From the NCBI GenBank assembly GCA_014905635.1, contig JABVCE010000010.1, forward strand, positions 806,001 through 870,000: a stretch of 64,000 bases of DNA, in the 5' to 3' direction. Position numbers and translations under genes: made by a program. A model generated the notes under the pieces. The model ran no database searches and had not been told where the DNA came from. It saw only the letters and a program-made list of their open reading frames with translations. The stretch comes from Scenedesmus sp. PABB004 (lineage: Eukaryota). This document shows, piece after piece, positions 27,734-40,055 of the stretch. The stretch's first letter is position 1. Every line of letters starts with the position of its first letter.

Positions 27734-29219
27734 ATGCGCCCCTGCTGCCGCACGCCCCACGCCGCGCCGACGCACGCCCGCGCGCCCGCGCAGCAGCGAC
27801 CGCCCGCGCCGCGGCCGGCCCTGCGCAGCAGGCCGCGCGTTGTGGCAGCCGCCGCTGGCGGCGGCGGCGGCAGCGGCGGCAGTGGCAGGGGTAGTGGCGG
27901 CGGCGGCGGCGGCGGCGGCGGCAGCGACGGCGGCGGCGATGATGGGGCCCGGCCGCGGAGCGGCGGGGGCGGGTGGATCGGCAAGCTGGGGCTGGCGGCC
28001 GGCGGCTTCGTGCTGCTGGGCCTGGCACAGCCCTGGGCGCCGCGACAGCAGCCGCTGGACACGGCGCAGGCGTCTGTCGCGGTCATCGTGCCGGTGTTGA
28101 ACGAGGCGGCGGGCGTGCTGCAGACGCTGCGCGCGCTCGCCGAGCTGCAGCCGCAGCCGGCGGAGGTCATCGTAGTTGACGGCGGCAGCACCGACGGGTG
28201 CGCCACCGCGCGCGCCTGCCCGGCGCCGGTCCGGCCGCGGCTCGCCGGCGGGCGCGCCCGCGCGGCGCGCCGCCGCCGCCCACCCCGCCCGGCCCGCGCG
28301 CGCGCCGCACCCCGCAGCACGCCGCGCCTCGTGCGCCGCAGCGGCCTCGCGCGCCGCGTGCTCGCGTCGGGGCGCGGCCGCGCGGTGCAGATGAACGCCG
28401 GCGCCGCGGCGGCGCGCAGCGAGCTGCTCTGCTTCCTGCACGCCGACACCACGCCGCCGCGCGACCTGGTCGCCGTCATGCGCCGCGAGCTGGCAGACCC
28501 CCGCACCGTGCTGGGAGGCTTCGTGCCCTCGATCGAGGGTGCGCCGCGCCCGCGCCCCCGCCCCCGCGCCGCGCCCGCGCGGGCGGCCCACCGCGGCGAC
28601 GCCCGCCGCGCCGCCCGCCCGCGCCCGCGCGCGCGGGCAGTGGAGGGGCGCCGGCTGTGGGCGCTGTCGGCGAACAACTTCCTAAAGACGTACTACGGGC
28701 CCCTCCTCGTCCGCCCGCTCTCCTTCCTGCGCGGCCTGCGCTGCCTGTTCGGTGACGCCGCCGCCGCCGCCGCTGCGCAGCTGCGGCGCTCGCGCGCGCG
28801 CCCACCCCTCGCCCGCCGCGCCGACCCTGCGCGCGCCCGCCGCGCCGCCAGGCGACCAGACGCTGTTCTGCCGCGCGCGCGACCTGCGGCGCGTGGGCGG
28901 CTTTGACGCGCGGCTGAGCATTTTTGAGGACGCCGACCTCTGCATCCGCCTGCACATGGCCGGGCCGTCGCCGCCGCCCGGCGCGCCGCAGCCCCCGCGC
29001 GCGCAGCGGGGGCCGCTGGCCGCGTGGCGCGCGCCGCGCGGGCGCGTGGTGCAGGTGCTGGACCGCGCCAGCCGCACCAGCGGGCGCCGGCTGGCGGCGT
29101 GGGGCGGCGCGCGCGCGACCGCGATCCACCTCGCGCTCAGCGCGGCCTGGCTCGCGGGCTGCACGCCGGAGCAGCTGCGTCGCCTGTACGCGCGTCTCTA
29201 CACCGATGACCTGCGCTGA
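27734..29219 (+). CDS. GT2 glycosyltransferase, TIGR04283-like, probably organelle-targeted
   Basis: VAVIVPVLNEA, EVIVVDGGSTDG, GRAVQMNAGAAAA, LCFLHADT, FG|DQTLF, GGFD...IFEDADL, TSGRRL; transit-peptide-like and Gly-rich N-terminus with a hydrophobic segment; 4 exons. Confidence 0.88.
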
Positions 29220-29628
29220 CCCGCGCCCGACGTACAGCGATGAACAATCGCTTCCGCGGGCGGCTCCGCCGGCGGCCGGCGCGTGTGTTACGCCTTGCGC
29301 CGCCGTGCACAACCGCTGTGCTGTCCGGGCAGCGTCCCGATCGCAGCGCAGACCGTTCGGACATGCGCACGTGACGGCGCGGGAACCAGGCGTGCGGCAC
29401 CGGCGCGAGCGGGTGATGGCGCGGCGCACAACAGTAGCAGGCTAGCCAGGTGGGCTGCCGGGCGCCACGCGGCGGCGCCACGGATGTCGACACGCTGTTC
29501 ACTGGCCAATGAGGGATAGAGTGGCGCGCCGCCGGCCCCTGCCGGAGAGAAGCACGACCGGTTGATGCGACCCCGCCGCCGCCCCCGCCCTCCGCTCGCC
29601 CCGCAGCCGCCTGAGGCGGCGGTCTGGC

Positions 29629-29957
29629 ATGCAGGTACAGATGCAGGAGCCGGGTGGCGCAGCTGCCGCTGTCGCGGACGCTGCGCCGCCGCCGCGGGAG
29701 CCGGCGCCGCGCGGCGCCGCCGAGCAGCAGGCGGCCGCCGAGCAGCAGGCGGCGCCGGCCGGCCCGCAAACGCCCCAGGCGCCGCCCTGCGAGCAGCTGA
29801 TGGATGCGCGCACCCTGGGCGCGATCGCGGGGCTGGCCGAGCTCGGCGCGGCGCGGGCGGCGGCGCACGCGGCGGCGACGGGCGAGCAGCAGCCGCTGCA
29901 GCCGACGCCGCAGCAGCCGGCGCCGCAGCAGCCGGCGCCGGCGGCGCCGCCGCCGCC

Positions 29958-30004
<47 letters not shown>

Positions 30005-30302
30005 CCGATGCCGGGGCGCCCGGGGCAGGGGCAGATCCAAGTTCAGGTGCGCGGGCCCTCCGCCCCCAGCGCTGCGCGCGGCGCGCCGTGCCCCGCCCAC
30101 ACGGACGCCCTGCTCACACCCGCTCCCACGCACCCGCGCCCGCACCCGCGCCAGGGGCGTTTTCTGGGACAAGAAGAACGGTCGCTGGCGGGCGCAGGTG
30201 GGCGCAGCGCGGCGCGGCGCGGCGCGCACCCGACGGCCGCCCGCGACGGGCGCGGCGCGCGTGCGCCCCGCCCCGCGGCCCTCCCCTCCTCCTGAGAGCG
30301 CC

Positions 30303-30394
<92 letters not shown>

Positions 30395-31982
30395 CGCCGT
30401 CGCCGCCTTGCAGGTGGGGCACAACAACCGCAAGGTCTTCCTCGGCTACTTTGACCGCCCCGCCGACGCGGCGCGCGCGTACGACGCCAAGGCCGTGCAG
30501 CTGCGCGGCGCGCTGGGTGCGCGTGCGCGCGCGCGTCGCGGCCGCGGCCGGGCGCCGCGGCACCCCCGCCGCCGCCGCCGCTGCCCCCGCCCTGCGCGCA
30601 CGCTGCCCACCGCCGCCGCCGCCGCTGCCCCCGCCGCTGCCCCCGCCGCTGCCACCGCCGCCGCCGGCGCTGCGCGCCCGCGCTGGGGCGCAGCGAGCAC
30701 GAACTTCGCTCTTGAGCACTACGCGGCGGAGCTGCGCACGTTCAACCAAGGGCGGGTCGACCCCCCGGCCGCCGCGGCGGCGGCGAGCACGCCGCGCGCA
30801 GCCGCCGCCGCCGCAGCAGCACAGGCAGCAGGCACCCCCGGGCGGCCCGCCGCGGCGCACGCGGAGCCGCAGATCAGCAGCGCCCAGCACGATCAGCGCG
30901 CCCCTGTCGGCCAGAGGCGCAAGCGCGAGGCAGCGGCGGGGGCGGACCAACGGCGTGGCATCGACCAGCAGCAGCAGCAGCAGCAGCAGCCGTGGGCGGG
31001 CTGGCGCGCCAACGAATTGCGCCTGGCGATTGCAGCGGCCGGCCAGGCGGCAGAGCATGGCGCCGCAGTGGGCGGCAGCGGCGGTGCGCGCGGTGAGGCG
31101 CCGGGCGCGGCGCTGAACGTGCTGGCGGCGGCTGCGGCCAGCGCCGGCGGCGCCTGCAGCCCGGCCGGCGGGGGCAGCCCGGGGCCGCGGCCCGCGGAGC
31201 AGCAGCGGGACGAGTGGCGCGGCGCTGCGGCGGCTCTCTGCGCAGCCCTCGGTGCGCCGGGCAGGCCGCAGGGCGCCGCCACAGGCCCAGGGGCGGTGCC
31301 GCGGCTGCTGGCGGCCATCGCGGCTGCCGACGAGGAGCGGCAGAGGCAGCAGGGCGGCGCGGTGGCAGGGCTGAGCTCGGCGCTGACGGGCACAGACGCC
31401 GGGCTGCCGCCGGAGGTGCTGGGCGCGCTGGAGCCATGGATGCTGGAGCCCAGCGAGGTGCCCGGCATTGCCGAGGTGCTGGCGGCCGCCAGCCGGCCCG
31501 GCAGGAGCTCGGAGGCGCGGCTGCTGCACCTCCTGCTGCTCCTGCAGCTCACTGCCGCGCAGCTGCGCGTGTTGGCGCAGGAGGACGCTGGCGCAGCGGC
31601 GCCAGCGTCGGCGGCAGGGCCAGCGGGGGCGGCAGCTGCAGCGGCAGCGGCGGGGACTGCTGCGCCAGCGGCACAGGCAGCGCCGGCGCCAGCGGCAGCG
31701 GCTGAGGCAGTGCCCAACCTGCGCGTCCGCAGCGACGTCTCCACCGCCACGGGCGCAGCGGCGGTCGCCGGCGCGGCTGCAGCGGAGGCCGCGGCGCAGC
31801 ATCCCAAGGCGGGTGACGGCGCGGCGGCGGTGCCCGCTGGTCGGCAGCCGTCTCACACCTCGTCGGCGACGGCCGTGGGCAGCCTCGGCGGAGCGCCGGG
31901 CCTGCTGCCCTGCGCCGCGAGCATGCGGCGCTGGGGGTCGGGCGCGATCAGCATGGACGGCGGCGCGCCCGATGCCGGCTGA
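29629..31982 (+). CDS. AP2/ERF-domain transcription factor (apparent frameshift near 30023; start uncertain)
   Basis: RSKFR|GVFWDKKNGRWRAQ|VGHNNRKVFLGYFDRPADAARAYDAKAVQLRGAL|..STNF; polyQ N-terminus; TGA 31980-31982. Confidence 0.85.
29959..30003 (+). repeat. (CAG)15 coding repeat
   Basis: Perfect cag run in exon 1 of the second AP2 gene. Confidence 0.9.
30303..30392. repeat. (CCG)30 trinucleotide repeat, intronic
   Basis: Perfect ccg run just before the acceptor of AP2 intron 2. Confidence 0.9.
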
Positions 31983-32468
31983 GCAAGGCCAGCAGGGGGG
32001 GCCCGTGGGTCGCTGGGGGCTGCCCGCGCCCGCACCAGGTTATTTCGTTTGTTCTCGCCGGCGCTTTTGACCGTGCTGCACTGTTCGGCCGTCATGGTGT
32101 GTGGTAGTCGCAGCTAGCCGGGTGACCGCCGGCCTGCCGCGGCGCGGGGCGTGTGCGCGCACTGCGCGCCGCATCCCGCCGCGGCATGGCCGGCCGCCAG
32201 CGGGGTCCACAGGTTTTTGAACTGCCGCAGATTTCACCAACGCGCGTGCCCACTGAACGGGTTGGGGTCCATGGTGTGTTCGCTGCTGCTGAACCCCAGC
32301 GCGTGCGCGTGCGCGCGCCGCCGGCATTTTCCAGCCGCTCCACTGCACTGCAGCCTGAAGATTGGAGATTGTGATCCCCGAACCCTTTGGGCTGCGAACG
32401 TCGACGGCGGACCGGTCTCTCTGCTCTCTCTGAGTTACCCGCCGCGCCCGCGCGCGGCCATCCGGCCC

Positions 32469-32473
32469 TGTAA
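32469..32473 (+). terminator. TGTAA polyadenylation signal (second AP2 gene)
   Basis: TGTAA on + strand about 490 nt past the AP2 stop, 25 nt from the convergent p31comet stop. Confidence 0.5.
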
Positions 32474-32498
32474 CGCTGTGACGGCCGCGCACGCGCCC

Positions 32499-33958
32499 TC
32501 AGCCGCCCGGCCGCAGCCCCTTGGCGTGCGCCGCACACTGATACCACACGAGCGGCGGCGCGCCGCCCTGCTGCCCGGCGCAGGCGCCGCCCCACAGCGC
32601 TGGCGCCGCCGCCGCCGCTGCTGCTGCTCCCCCCTGCTGCGCGCCGGCCCCCAGCGCTGGCGCTGGCGCCGCCGCTACTGCTGCTCCCCCCTGCTGCGCG
32701 CCCGCCGGCTCCTGCAGGCGCATCTGCGCCGACATGGCCTGAGACAGCTGCTGCAGCTCGCCCTCCTGCGCGTCGCCGCGCAGGTCCAGCGTGACCTGCG
32801 CGGCGCCACACCCGCGCGCGGCGACGGGCAGTCGCGCGTCGGCAGGGCCGGCAGCAGCGCCAGCGGCGGCGGAGCGCGGCGGGGCCGGTCCGCGGCCTCG
32901 GCGCGCACGCGCCTGCAGCGCCTTGCGCATGTTGAGCGCGAACGCGCGCTTCGGCGCAAAGCCCTGCGGCGGCGCCGCCAGGCTGCCCTCGGGCGCCGCA
33001 AACAACAGGAACATCTTGGTGGGGCCTGCGGAGCGGGGGCGAGGGGGCAGGGCACACCTTGAGCGCGTGGCGCCCCTCAGGCGCCCCCGCGTGCGGCGCT
33101 GGCGCGTGGCGGCGGCGCGGCGCACCCGGCGACTCGTCCCACTCTGCCATGCCGGCCTGCTCCATCACCAGCGCGCGCAGCAGCTGCCGGCAGGCCGCGC
33201 CGAGCGCCTGCTCGCTCGGCGGCGGGGCGCCTGCGGCGGCGCGCGGCGCGGCGCGGCGTGTCGGGCCGCACGCGCTCGTGCACGCGCGCGCGGCGCGCCC
33301 GCCCGCGGGGCCGGCTGCAGCTGGGCGCGCTGCAGCTCGCAGGACGGCGGCGCGGCCGCACCTGGCGCGTCCATGGCCGCAGGGAAGCGCAGGCAGTACA
33401 CCTCGCGCGGCCGCAGCGCCGACGAGCCCAGCAGCAGCGCGACCGCGCCGCCGCGCAGCGCGCCGAGCGGGATGCTGGCGGCCGCCTGCAGCATGGCCGC
33501 GAGGCGCGCGTGGTACTGCGACGGCGGCAGCGGGCTGCGTCGCGGCAGCGCGGCAGCTGCGCGGCGCGCGGCGGCTCCCGCCCGGCGCGAATCTGCCGCC
33601 CGCGGCCCCCCGAAGGAGCACCTTGATGGCCCTGCGCGACGAGGCCTTGAGCCGCACCGCGCGCCCCGTCGCCTTGGCGTCGCGCTGCGCCTCGCGGCAC
33701 GCCTGCGCGCGGCCGGCGCGCTGTGGGCGCCCGCGCCGCCGCCCGCGCCGCGACCCGCGCCGCGCGCCGGCCCGGCGCGCCCACCATCACGTGCGCGTCG
33801 AGCTGGGCGAAGGGCGCGTGGCACTGCTCGCGCGCAAACGCGAGGTGCTGCACGAATGCCGACAGCAGCGCGGCGGCGCCCGCGCTGCTCGCCGCGACCG
33901 GCAGGTCCAGCCGCAGCGTGTGGCCTGCCGGCGGCGCCCGCCGCCGCATGGCGGGCAT
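32499..33958 (-). CDS. MAD2L1BP: p31comet / MAD2L1-binding protein homologue
   Basis: FVQHLAFAREQCHAPFAQL, VALLLGSSALRPREVYCLRF, CRQLLRALV, PTKMFLL, FAPKRAF, LVWYQCAAHAKGL: motif series typical of p31comet; 6 exons in consistent phase. Confidence 0.75.
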
Positions 33959-34305
33959 GCGGCGGGCCCCGGCGGCCGCGGAGCCCGGCAGCACGCGGTT
34001 GGCGGCGGTTGCGGGCGGGCCGGCCGCGCAGCGGCGTGGTGCGTGCGATCGCGGGGGCCGGCGGGACTGGCCCTGGGGGAACGCGCCGCCGGCAGCCGGC
34101 CGCGCCAGGCACGCCCGCGGCGCAGCGGCTGCACGCGCTCAACCCTCGCCGCTGCTCCGCCTGCCGCCGCCGCACGCGCGCCGTGGCGTGCGCCGGGCTT
34201 CTCGCCGCAGATCACCCGCGACTCGCGTTGCCGGTCCGCCACCCTCGCACACCCGCGCGCGCGCCCTGATCGCGTCGGCCCCGCCCGGATCTCCCGAGGC
34301 CCGCC

Positions 34306-34632
34306 ATGCTCTCTGCAGCCCGCGCCGCCGCGCGCGCCGCGGCGTGCGGCCCCAGCGTCGCCAGCGCCACGCGCAGCATGAGCATGGCGGGCGTGAAGGG
34401 CTTCAACGAGCACGAGCAGGCGGTCGAGAACATGTATTTCAGCAAGGAGGACGAGCGGCTGCTGGGCAAGCTGCTGAGCAAGATGAAGAAGCAGACGCAG
34501 GTCACGGACGTCAGCGCGGCCACCGAGAGCGCCGTCGCGGAGGAGGCGGCGCTCCGCAGCATCACGGCCAAGTACAAGGTCTCGAAGGAGGACTTCCAGG
34601 CGCTGCTGGACTGGAAGCACGCCCACTACTGA
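34306..34632 (+). CDS. IF1: Mitochondrial F1-ATPase inhibitor (IF1-like)
   Basis: Intronless 108 aa; Arg/Ala/Ser presequence; FNEHEQAVENMYFSKEDERLLGKL resembles the IF1 inhibitory segment (FxxxExAxExxYFxxxxxExLxxL). Confidence 0.7.
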   Translation: MLSAARAAARAAACGPSVASATRSMSMAGVKGFNEHEQAVENMYFSKEDERLLGKLLSKMKKQTQVTDVSAATESAVAEEAALRSITAKYKVSKEDFQALLDWKHAHY

Positions 34633-35023
34633 GTGCCGCCGCAGCCCGGCGCGCGATGGGGCGGCGATCTGGCCTCTGGCTTCTGCGCGACGCCGGCAGC
34701 GGCAGCCGCAGCGGGAGCGGTGCGGTGTCGCCGCTGGCGCCGGGCGCCCCGGCGCGCGCCGCAGCCGCGACAGCTTCCGGAGCGAGCGAGGAGCGGTGAC
34801 CGGCGGGCCCGCGGCGCCTGCAGTGGCAGGCGCTCGCGCCGGGACCGTCGCCGCGCGCGGGCATGGCGGCGGGGGCGCGGCTCGCGCGCGCCGCCGGTGA
34901 TCGGGCCGCGTCAGCAGCGGCGGGGCATGGGGGGCGGGCAGGCGTTGGGTGGGTGCTCGCAGGGGCGTGCCCGCATCACTCATCGCTAGTAGCAGGCAGG
35001 GCGGCGGAGGGGCGGGGCAGGCG

Positions 35024-35028
35024 TGTAA
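35024..35028 (+). terminator. TGTAA polyadenylation signal (IF1)
   Basis: TGTAA about 390 nt past the IF1 stop. Confidence 0.55.
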
Positions 35029-35068
35029 CGCAGCCGGCACGGCACCGCGAGTGTCGGCGTTACCAGCG

Positions 35069-35643
35069 TCAGGCGGCAGCGTCCGCGCCCGCTGCCACCC
35101 CGCCGTCGGGCAGGCAGCCCAGCCGCGCCGCCAGCGACGCGCGGCTGCTCACGGCGCCGACGTGCGTGGCGCTGTACGTGCACGGCGTGTGTGGCAGCAC
35201 GGCGGGGCCGGGCGGCTGGCGCCGGCCGGCCGCGCCGCCGCCCACGCAGCTGCCCGCGCCGGCGCGCCAGGGGCTGGCGCCGTCCCACGCCCCGCTGGCA
35301 TGGGACGGCGCGGCCGGCGCGCCCCAGCAGCACTCGCGCGCCAGCGGGCTGCCCGGTGAGGCCGCGTCGGCTGGCGGCGCTGCGTGCTGCAGCACGAGCA
35401 CCTGCGGCGCGGACGCCCCCTCCTGCCAGCCCGGCGCGCAGCTCCAGGCTGGCTGCTCCAGCTGGTGCAGCCCCGGCGAGGTCGCGCAGTGGGGCCGCAG
35501 CTGCCTGGGCGGCGGACGCTGCCGCCCTCGCGGCGTCGGCCAGCTCGCGGGGCTGGCCGGCGGCGGCGCCTGAGCAGGCGCCGCCGCCTGCGCGACGAGC
35601 TGGCGCTGCGACTGCTGCGACTGCGACCAGCCCTGCACCGCAA

Positions 35644-35678
<35 letters not shown>

Positions 35679-38600
35679 ATGAAGGCGGGCAGCCGCGGCT
35701 GCCGTCGCACCCTGGCCGCTGGCTGTGGCGTCCACTGCGCCGGCGGCGCGGCCGGCGGCGGAAGCTGCTCCTGCTCCTGCTCCTGCTGCCGCGGCGACGG
35801 CGGGCGCGGCGGGGGCGGCTGCGCCGCCAGCTGCCGCTCAGCCGGCAGCCCGCCGCCCGGCTGCCAACGCTGCCGCCAGCGCCGCTGCCAGTCTGCGCCG
35901 GCCGCGACGCTGGCTGCCACCACCGCGGCGGCGAGCGCCTCCGCGCTGGGCGCCTGCGGCTGGCCGTGCGCGGCGCCCGGGCGCGCCAGGCAGGCCGGCT
36001 GGCGCGGCGGGGTGCGCGCCGCCGCGGCGCGCTCCAGGTTGCACATGGCGGCCGCCAGCCTGCAGAGCGGGCGCAAGAGGGGCAGGGGCGTCAGGCGCGC
36101 TCTGAGAGCTGGCTGCGCCGCCTGCCGCAGGCAGCCCCCTCCCGGCGGCGCGAGGAGACTCACCTCCAGGCCCGCCACGCCCTGGCCGCCAGCCACGAGC
36201 GCCGGTGCAGCGCGGCGGCCAGCACGCGCGCGCGTTTCGCCCGCGCAGCCGCCACCCTGCCGCGCAGCCCCGCCAGCGCCACGGCAGCCAGGCGCGCGGC
36301 GCGGTGGCGCTCAGCCCTGGCGCTGGCCGCCAGCTTGAGGCGCCGCTGCCGCGTGCGCATGCGCCACGCGGCGACACCCGGGCGCAGCGCCGCGCGCCGC
36401 CAGTGGTGGGCCGCCGCTTCGGCCTGCGCGTGGCAGCGACAGCGTGAGGCACGCGCCGCCAGTGCAGCGAGCGCGAATTGCCCCCCCCCCCCAACCCACC
36501 CGCCCACACACACACACTCACCGCCGCGCGCCCCTGGCGCCGCAGCTCCACCGCCGTGCCCCAGGCGCACAGCACTCGCCGCGCCTTGGCCGCTGCCAGC
36601 GCCGCCAGCGCGGGCGCCGCCGCTGCCGCGAGCTGCCGCCGCTCCTCGCCCGCCTCCGCGCAGGCCTCACGCCATGCCGACAGCGCCCGCGCCAGCCGCC
36701 ACCGGCGGGCGTGGCCGGCCGCCACGCCCTGCCGGACGCGCTTGGCCGCGCCTGCCGCAACGGCGGCCCGCCAGGCGCGCAGGCCACGCGCCCGCAGCTG
36801 CCGCTCGCGCTGGACTGCCGCGCGCGTCAGTTCCCCGCGCGCGGCGCGCTGCAGCTGCAGGAACGGGCCCCGCCAGGCCTGTGCGGGCAGCCAGGGCGGC
36901 GCGGGTCAGTCGCAGCAGCGGTGGCGCCTGCGCGGTTGTCCCGACCAGACCGCGCACCTGGCACGCGCGCCGCAGGCGCTGCCGCTCGCAGTGCGCCGCC
37001 GCCGCGAGCAGCGCGCGCCGCTCGTCGCCGGCCTCGCCGAGCGCCGCCGCCCACGCGGCGAGGCCGCGCGCGAGCGAGGTGCGGTATGCGTGGCGCACCG
37101 CCGCGCGGCGCGCGGCCTCGCGCGCGCGCTTGGCCCGCGCGACCGCGCGCCAGCCGTCGACGCTGCGCGCCAGCAGGGCCGCCTCAAACCAGCGCGGCGC
37201 CGCCTGCTTTGCAGCACGGTACCTGCGCGTGCGCGCCGGCGGCCAGGGGGCGGGGAGCGGGGGTGGCGCGCCCGGTCGGGCAGCCCTGACCGTGCCGGGC
37301 CGCGCGGCGCCGCCACCGCGGCCCACCTGCACGCCCAGCGCCAGCCGCGCACGGCACGGCCCAGCAGCCCGCCAACGCGCAGCGCTTCGGCGGCGCCCAG
37401 CAGGCACCGCTCGCGCGCCTCGTCGGCCGCGCGGCGCCGCCAGCGCTCCAGCAGCCGGCGCAGCTGCCGGTCGGCCGCGTGGGCGTCGGCGTCGGCGCGC
37501 GCGGCGCGCGCGTCGGCGAGCCGCGCCGCCTGCACGCGCCAGCCGCCGAGCAGCCGGCGCAGCCGGGCGCGCGCGAGCGCCGCCCGCGCCGCCGCCAGCC
37601 GCGCCGCGCCCGCGCGCCGGCGCTCAGCGTAGGCCAGCAAGGTCCTGCGCGGCCGCGGCGCGCGGGACGGCGCGCGCAGGTGAATCACCGGCCGCCACGC
37701 AAGTCTCTCACCCCCACACCGCACCCTCCCAGCCCCTGCCAGCGCGCGCTCACCCGACGCAGGCGCGCAGCTGCACGAGCTCGCGCAGCTCCGCGCTGCG
37801 CTGCCCAGCCATGGTCACCACGACGCCCTGCCAGCGCGCGAGGCAGTGCCGCGCCCACCACCAGTCCGCCGTGCTGGCCAGGCGCTCCGCGCCGGCAGCA
37901 AGCTGGGCACGGTACGCAACGGCGCCTGCCCAGGCGGCCAGCACCTGCGCGGCGGCGGCGTACGGCTGTGTGCGCGGCGCGGCAGAGCGCGCGCGCGCGC
38001 ACGTGCGCGCCCCGCCTTCGTGACCAGCGAGCCGCGCGCGCACCTGGCGCCTGCGCTGCCGGCGCAGAGCGTCGCGCAGCTGCGCCCCCAGCTCGCGCAG
38101 CCCCGACCGCTGCTCCGCCGCCCGCTGCCATGCGCGCAGCGCGGCCGCGGCGGTGCCGCGCAGCGCGCCCGCCCGCCAGCGCTGCAGCGCCGCGCTCGCC
38201 GCCTGCTCGCGCGTGTGCTGCGCCGCCAGTGCCTCGCGCCACGCCCGCAGCGCGGTCGCCTGCGCGGTGCGCTTGTGGTGGCACAGCGCACGCGCCACTG
38301 CCTGCCACTCTGCCGCCGACGCCGCCGTGCGCGCGCGCCACGCCGCCAGCACGCCGCGCTGCGCAGCGCGCTGCCAGTGCTGCGCGGCCCTGCGGGAGGG
38401 GCGGCAGCGCGCGGGACCAGCGGTCAGCGCAGCCGGCGCTCGCCTGGCGGCGTGCTGCCACTCCCCGCGCCGCCGCGCTTTGCACGCGCAGCGCCGGCCG
38501 CCACGCCAGCCGGCCCGCGAGCCCGCCGCACCTGCCGAGCTTGAGCCTGGCCAGCCGGCTGTCGGTGGCGGCACGGCGCCAGCCCAGCAGCGCGCGCTCC

Positions 38601-39774
38601 ATCAGGCCAAAGCTGCGCAGCGCCGCCGCGCGCAGCGCCGCCGCGGCCGCCAGGCGGCGCGCCGCGACCGCGCTGCGCCAGGCTGCGAGCACGGCCGCGG
38701 CCGCGGCGCGGCCGCGCCGCGCCGCCACGGCCGCAGCGGCGCCGCGCGCGGCCGCCGCGCCCGCGCGCCACTGCTGCCAGGCCACGAAGCAGCGCGAGAG
38801 GAGCAGGAAGGCTTGCTTGGCGCGTGCGAGGTCGGCCTGGCAGGCCAGCACCCGCGCACGTGCTGCCTCGCGCTGCAGGCCCAGCCAGCCCGCCAGCAGC
38901 AGCTGGCGCGCGTGGTGGCGCGCTGCGATGCGCTGCCGCCGCCGCGCGGCCACGAGCCAGGCCCACTGATGCACAGCTAGGCGCGCCAGCTGCAGCCTGC
39001 GGCGGCGCGCGGTCATGTGAGGGCGGAGGGGGGCGGGGGGGGGGGGCAGGGCCGGGAGCCGCCCCAGGCTTGGCTCGGGCGCTGCCGCCGCGAAAGTGCG
39101 GCGTCCGCAGCGCACCGCTGCTGCTCCTGGTCACGCCTGGTCGTGTGCAGCGCTCGCTTCTGCTGCAGCGCCGCCGCCGCCGCCGCCAGCTGCGCCCAGG
39201 GCGCGCCGCAGCCCATGCGCTCGCCGGCGCCTCCGCCCTGGTGCGCCTGATGCGGCTGCCGCGGGCGCTGCTGCTGCAAGCAGCTGGTGGCGCTGCCGCC
39301 GCCGGCCTGCCCGCACGGGCGCGGGGGCTGCTGCCGCAGCGCCGTCGGCGGCGGCGCGGCGGCCGCGATCGCGGCGCCGTGCACGGCGAGCGCGCGCGGC
39401 GCCGGCTCGGCCGAGCCCCGCGCACTGCCGCCGGCGCGGCTGGGCGGCCGGCTGTGCATCATGCCGCAACCCGCCGTCGTCGTCACGCGCGCCGGCGGCC
39501 GCCGCACCGCGGCCGCCGGGGGCGCGGCGCCGGGCAGCGCTGGCTGGCCCCCCGCGACCGCGCTCGCGCCGTGCAGGCGCTGCGCCGCGCGCGCCAGCCG
39601 CTGCGCCTGCAGCTTCTCAAGGGCGCAGCCCTGCCCGCCTGGCACCGCCGCCGCCTGGTCCCGCGCGGCCATCGGCGCGCGGGTCTTGCGCAGCGGCGCG
39701 CCCGCGCCCGATGCTGCGCCGCCGCCGCCGCGCGCCCCGCCCTGGTGCTGGTCCGGCGACGCCGTGTCCATCAT
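35069..39774 (-). CDS. Sfi1-like centrin-binding repeat protein
   Basis: Many Trp-ending repeats about 33 aa apart (LLLAGW, LLLSRCFVAW, AVLAAW, LMERALLGW, GVLAAW, TALRAW, HCLARW, LRRLLERW, LARALSAW) matching Sfi1 AX7LLX3F/LX2W; low-complexity ends; multi-exon. Confidence 0.7.
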
Positions 39775-40055
39775 CACCGCTGCACGGGGAGCCGGCCCAT
39801 GCGGGCGTGCAGCGGCCCGGCGGCGACGCGGCGGGCCGCGGCGGCAAACGCCGCAGATCCCTGCCGGCGCGCGCCACCTCGCCCGGCTATCGGGGCGGAC
39901 CGCCAAGCAGCACGGCGGCAGGCGCTGCTGGTGCGCGCGTGAACTTTGAATCGAAGCGGCTGAGGGCAGCAGCTGGTTACTTGGTCACCTGCAAGTCCCC
40001 ACACGCAAACCACAGCTCGAGCTTCGCCACAGCGCGGCCAACCGCCGCGGCGCCG

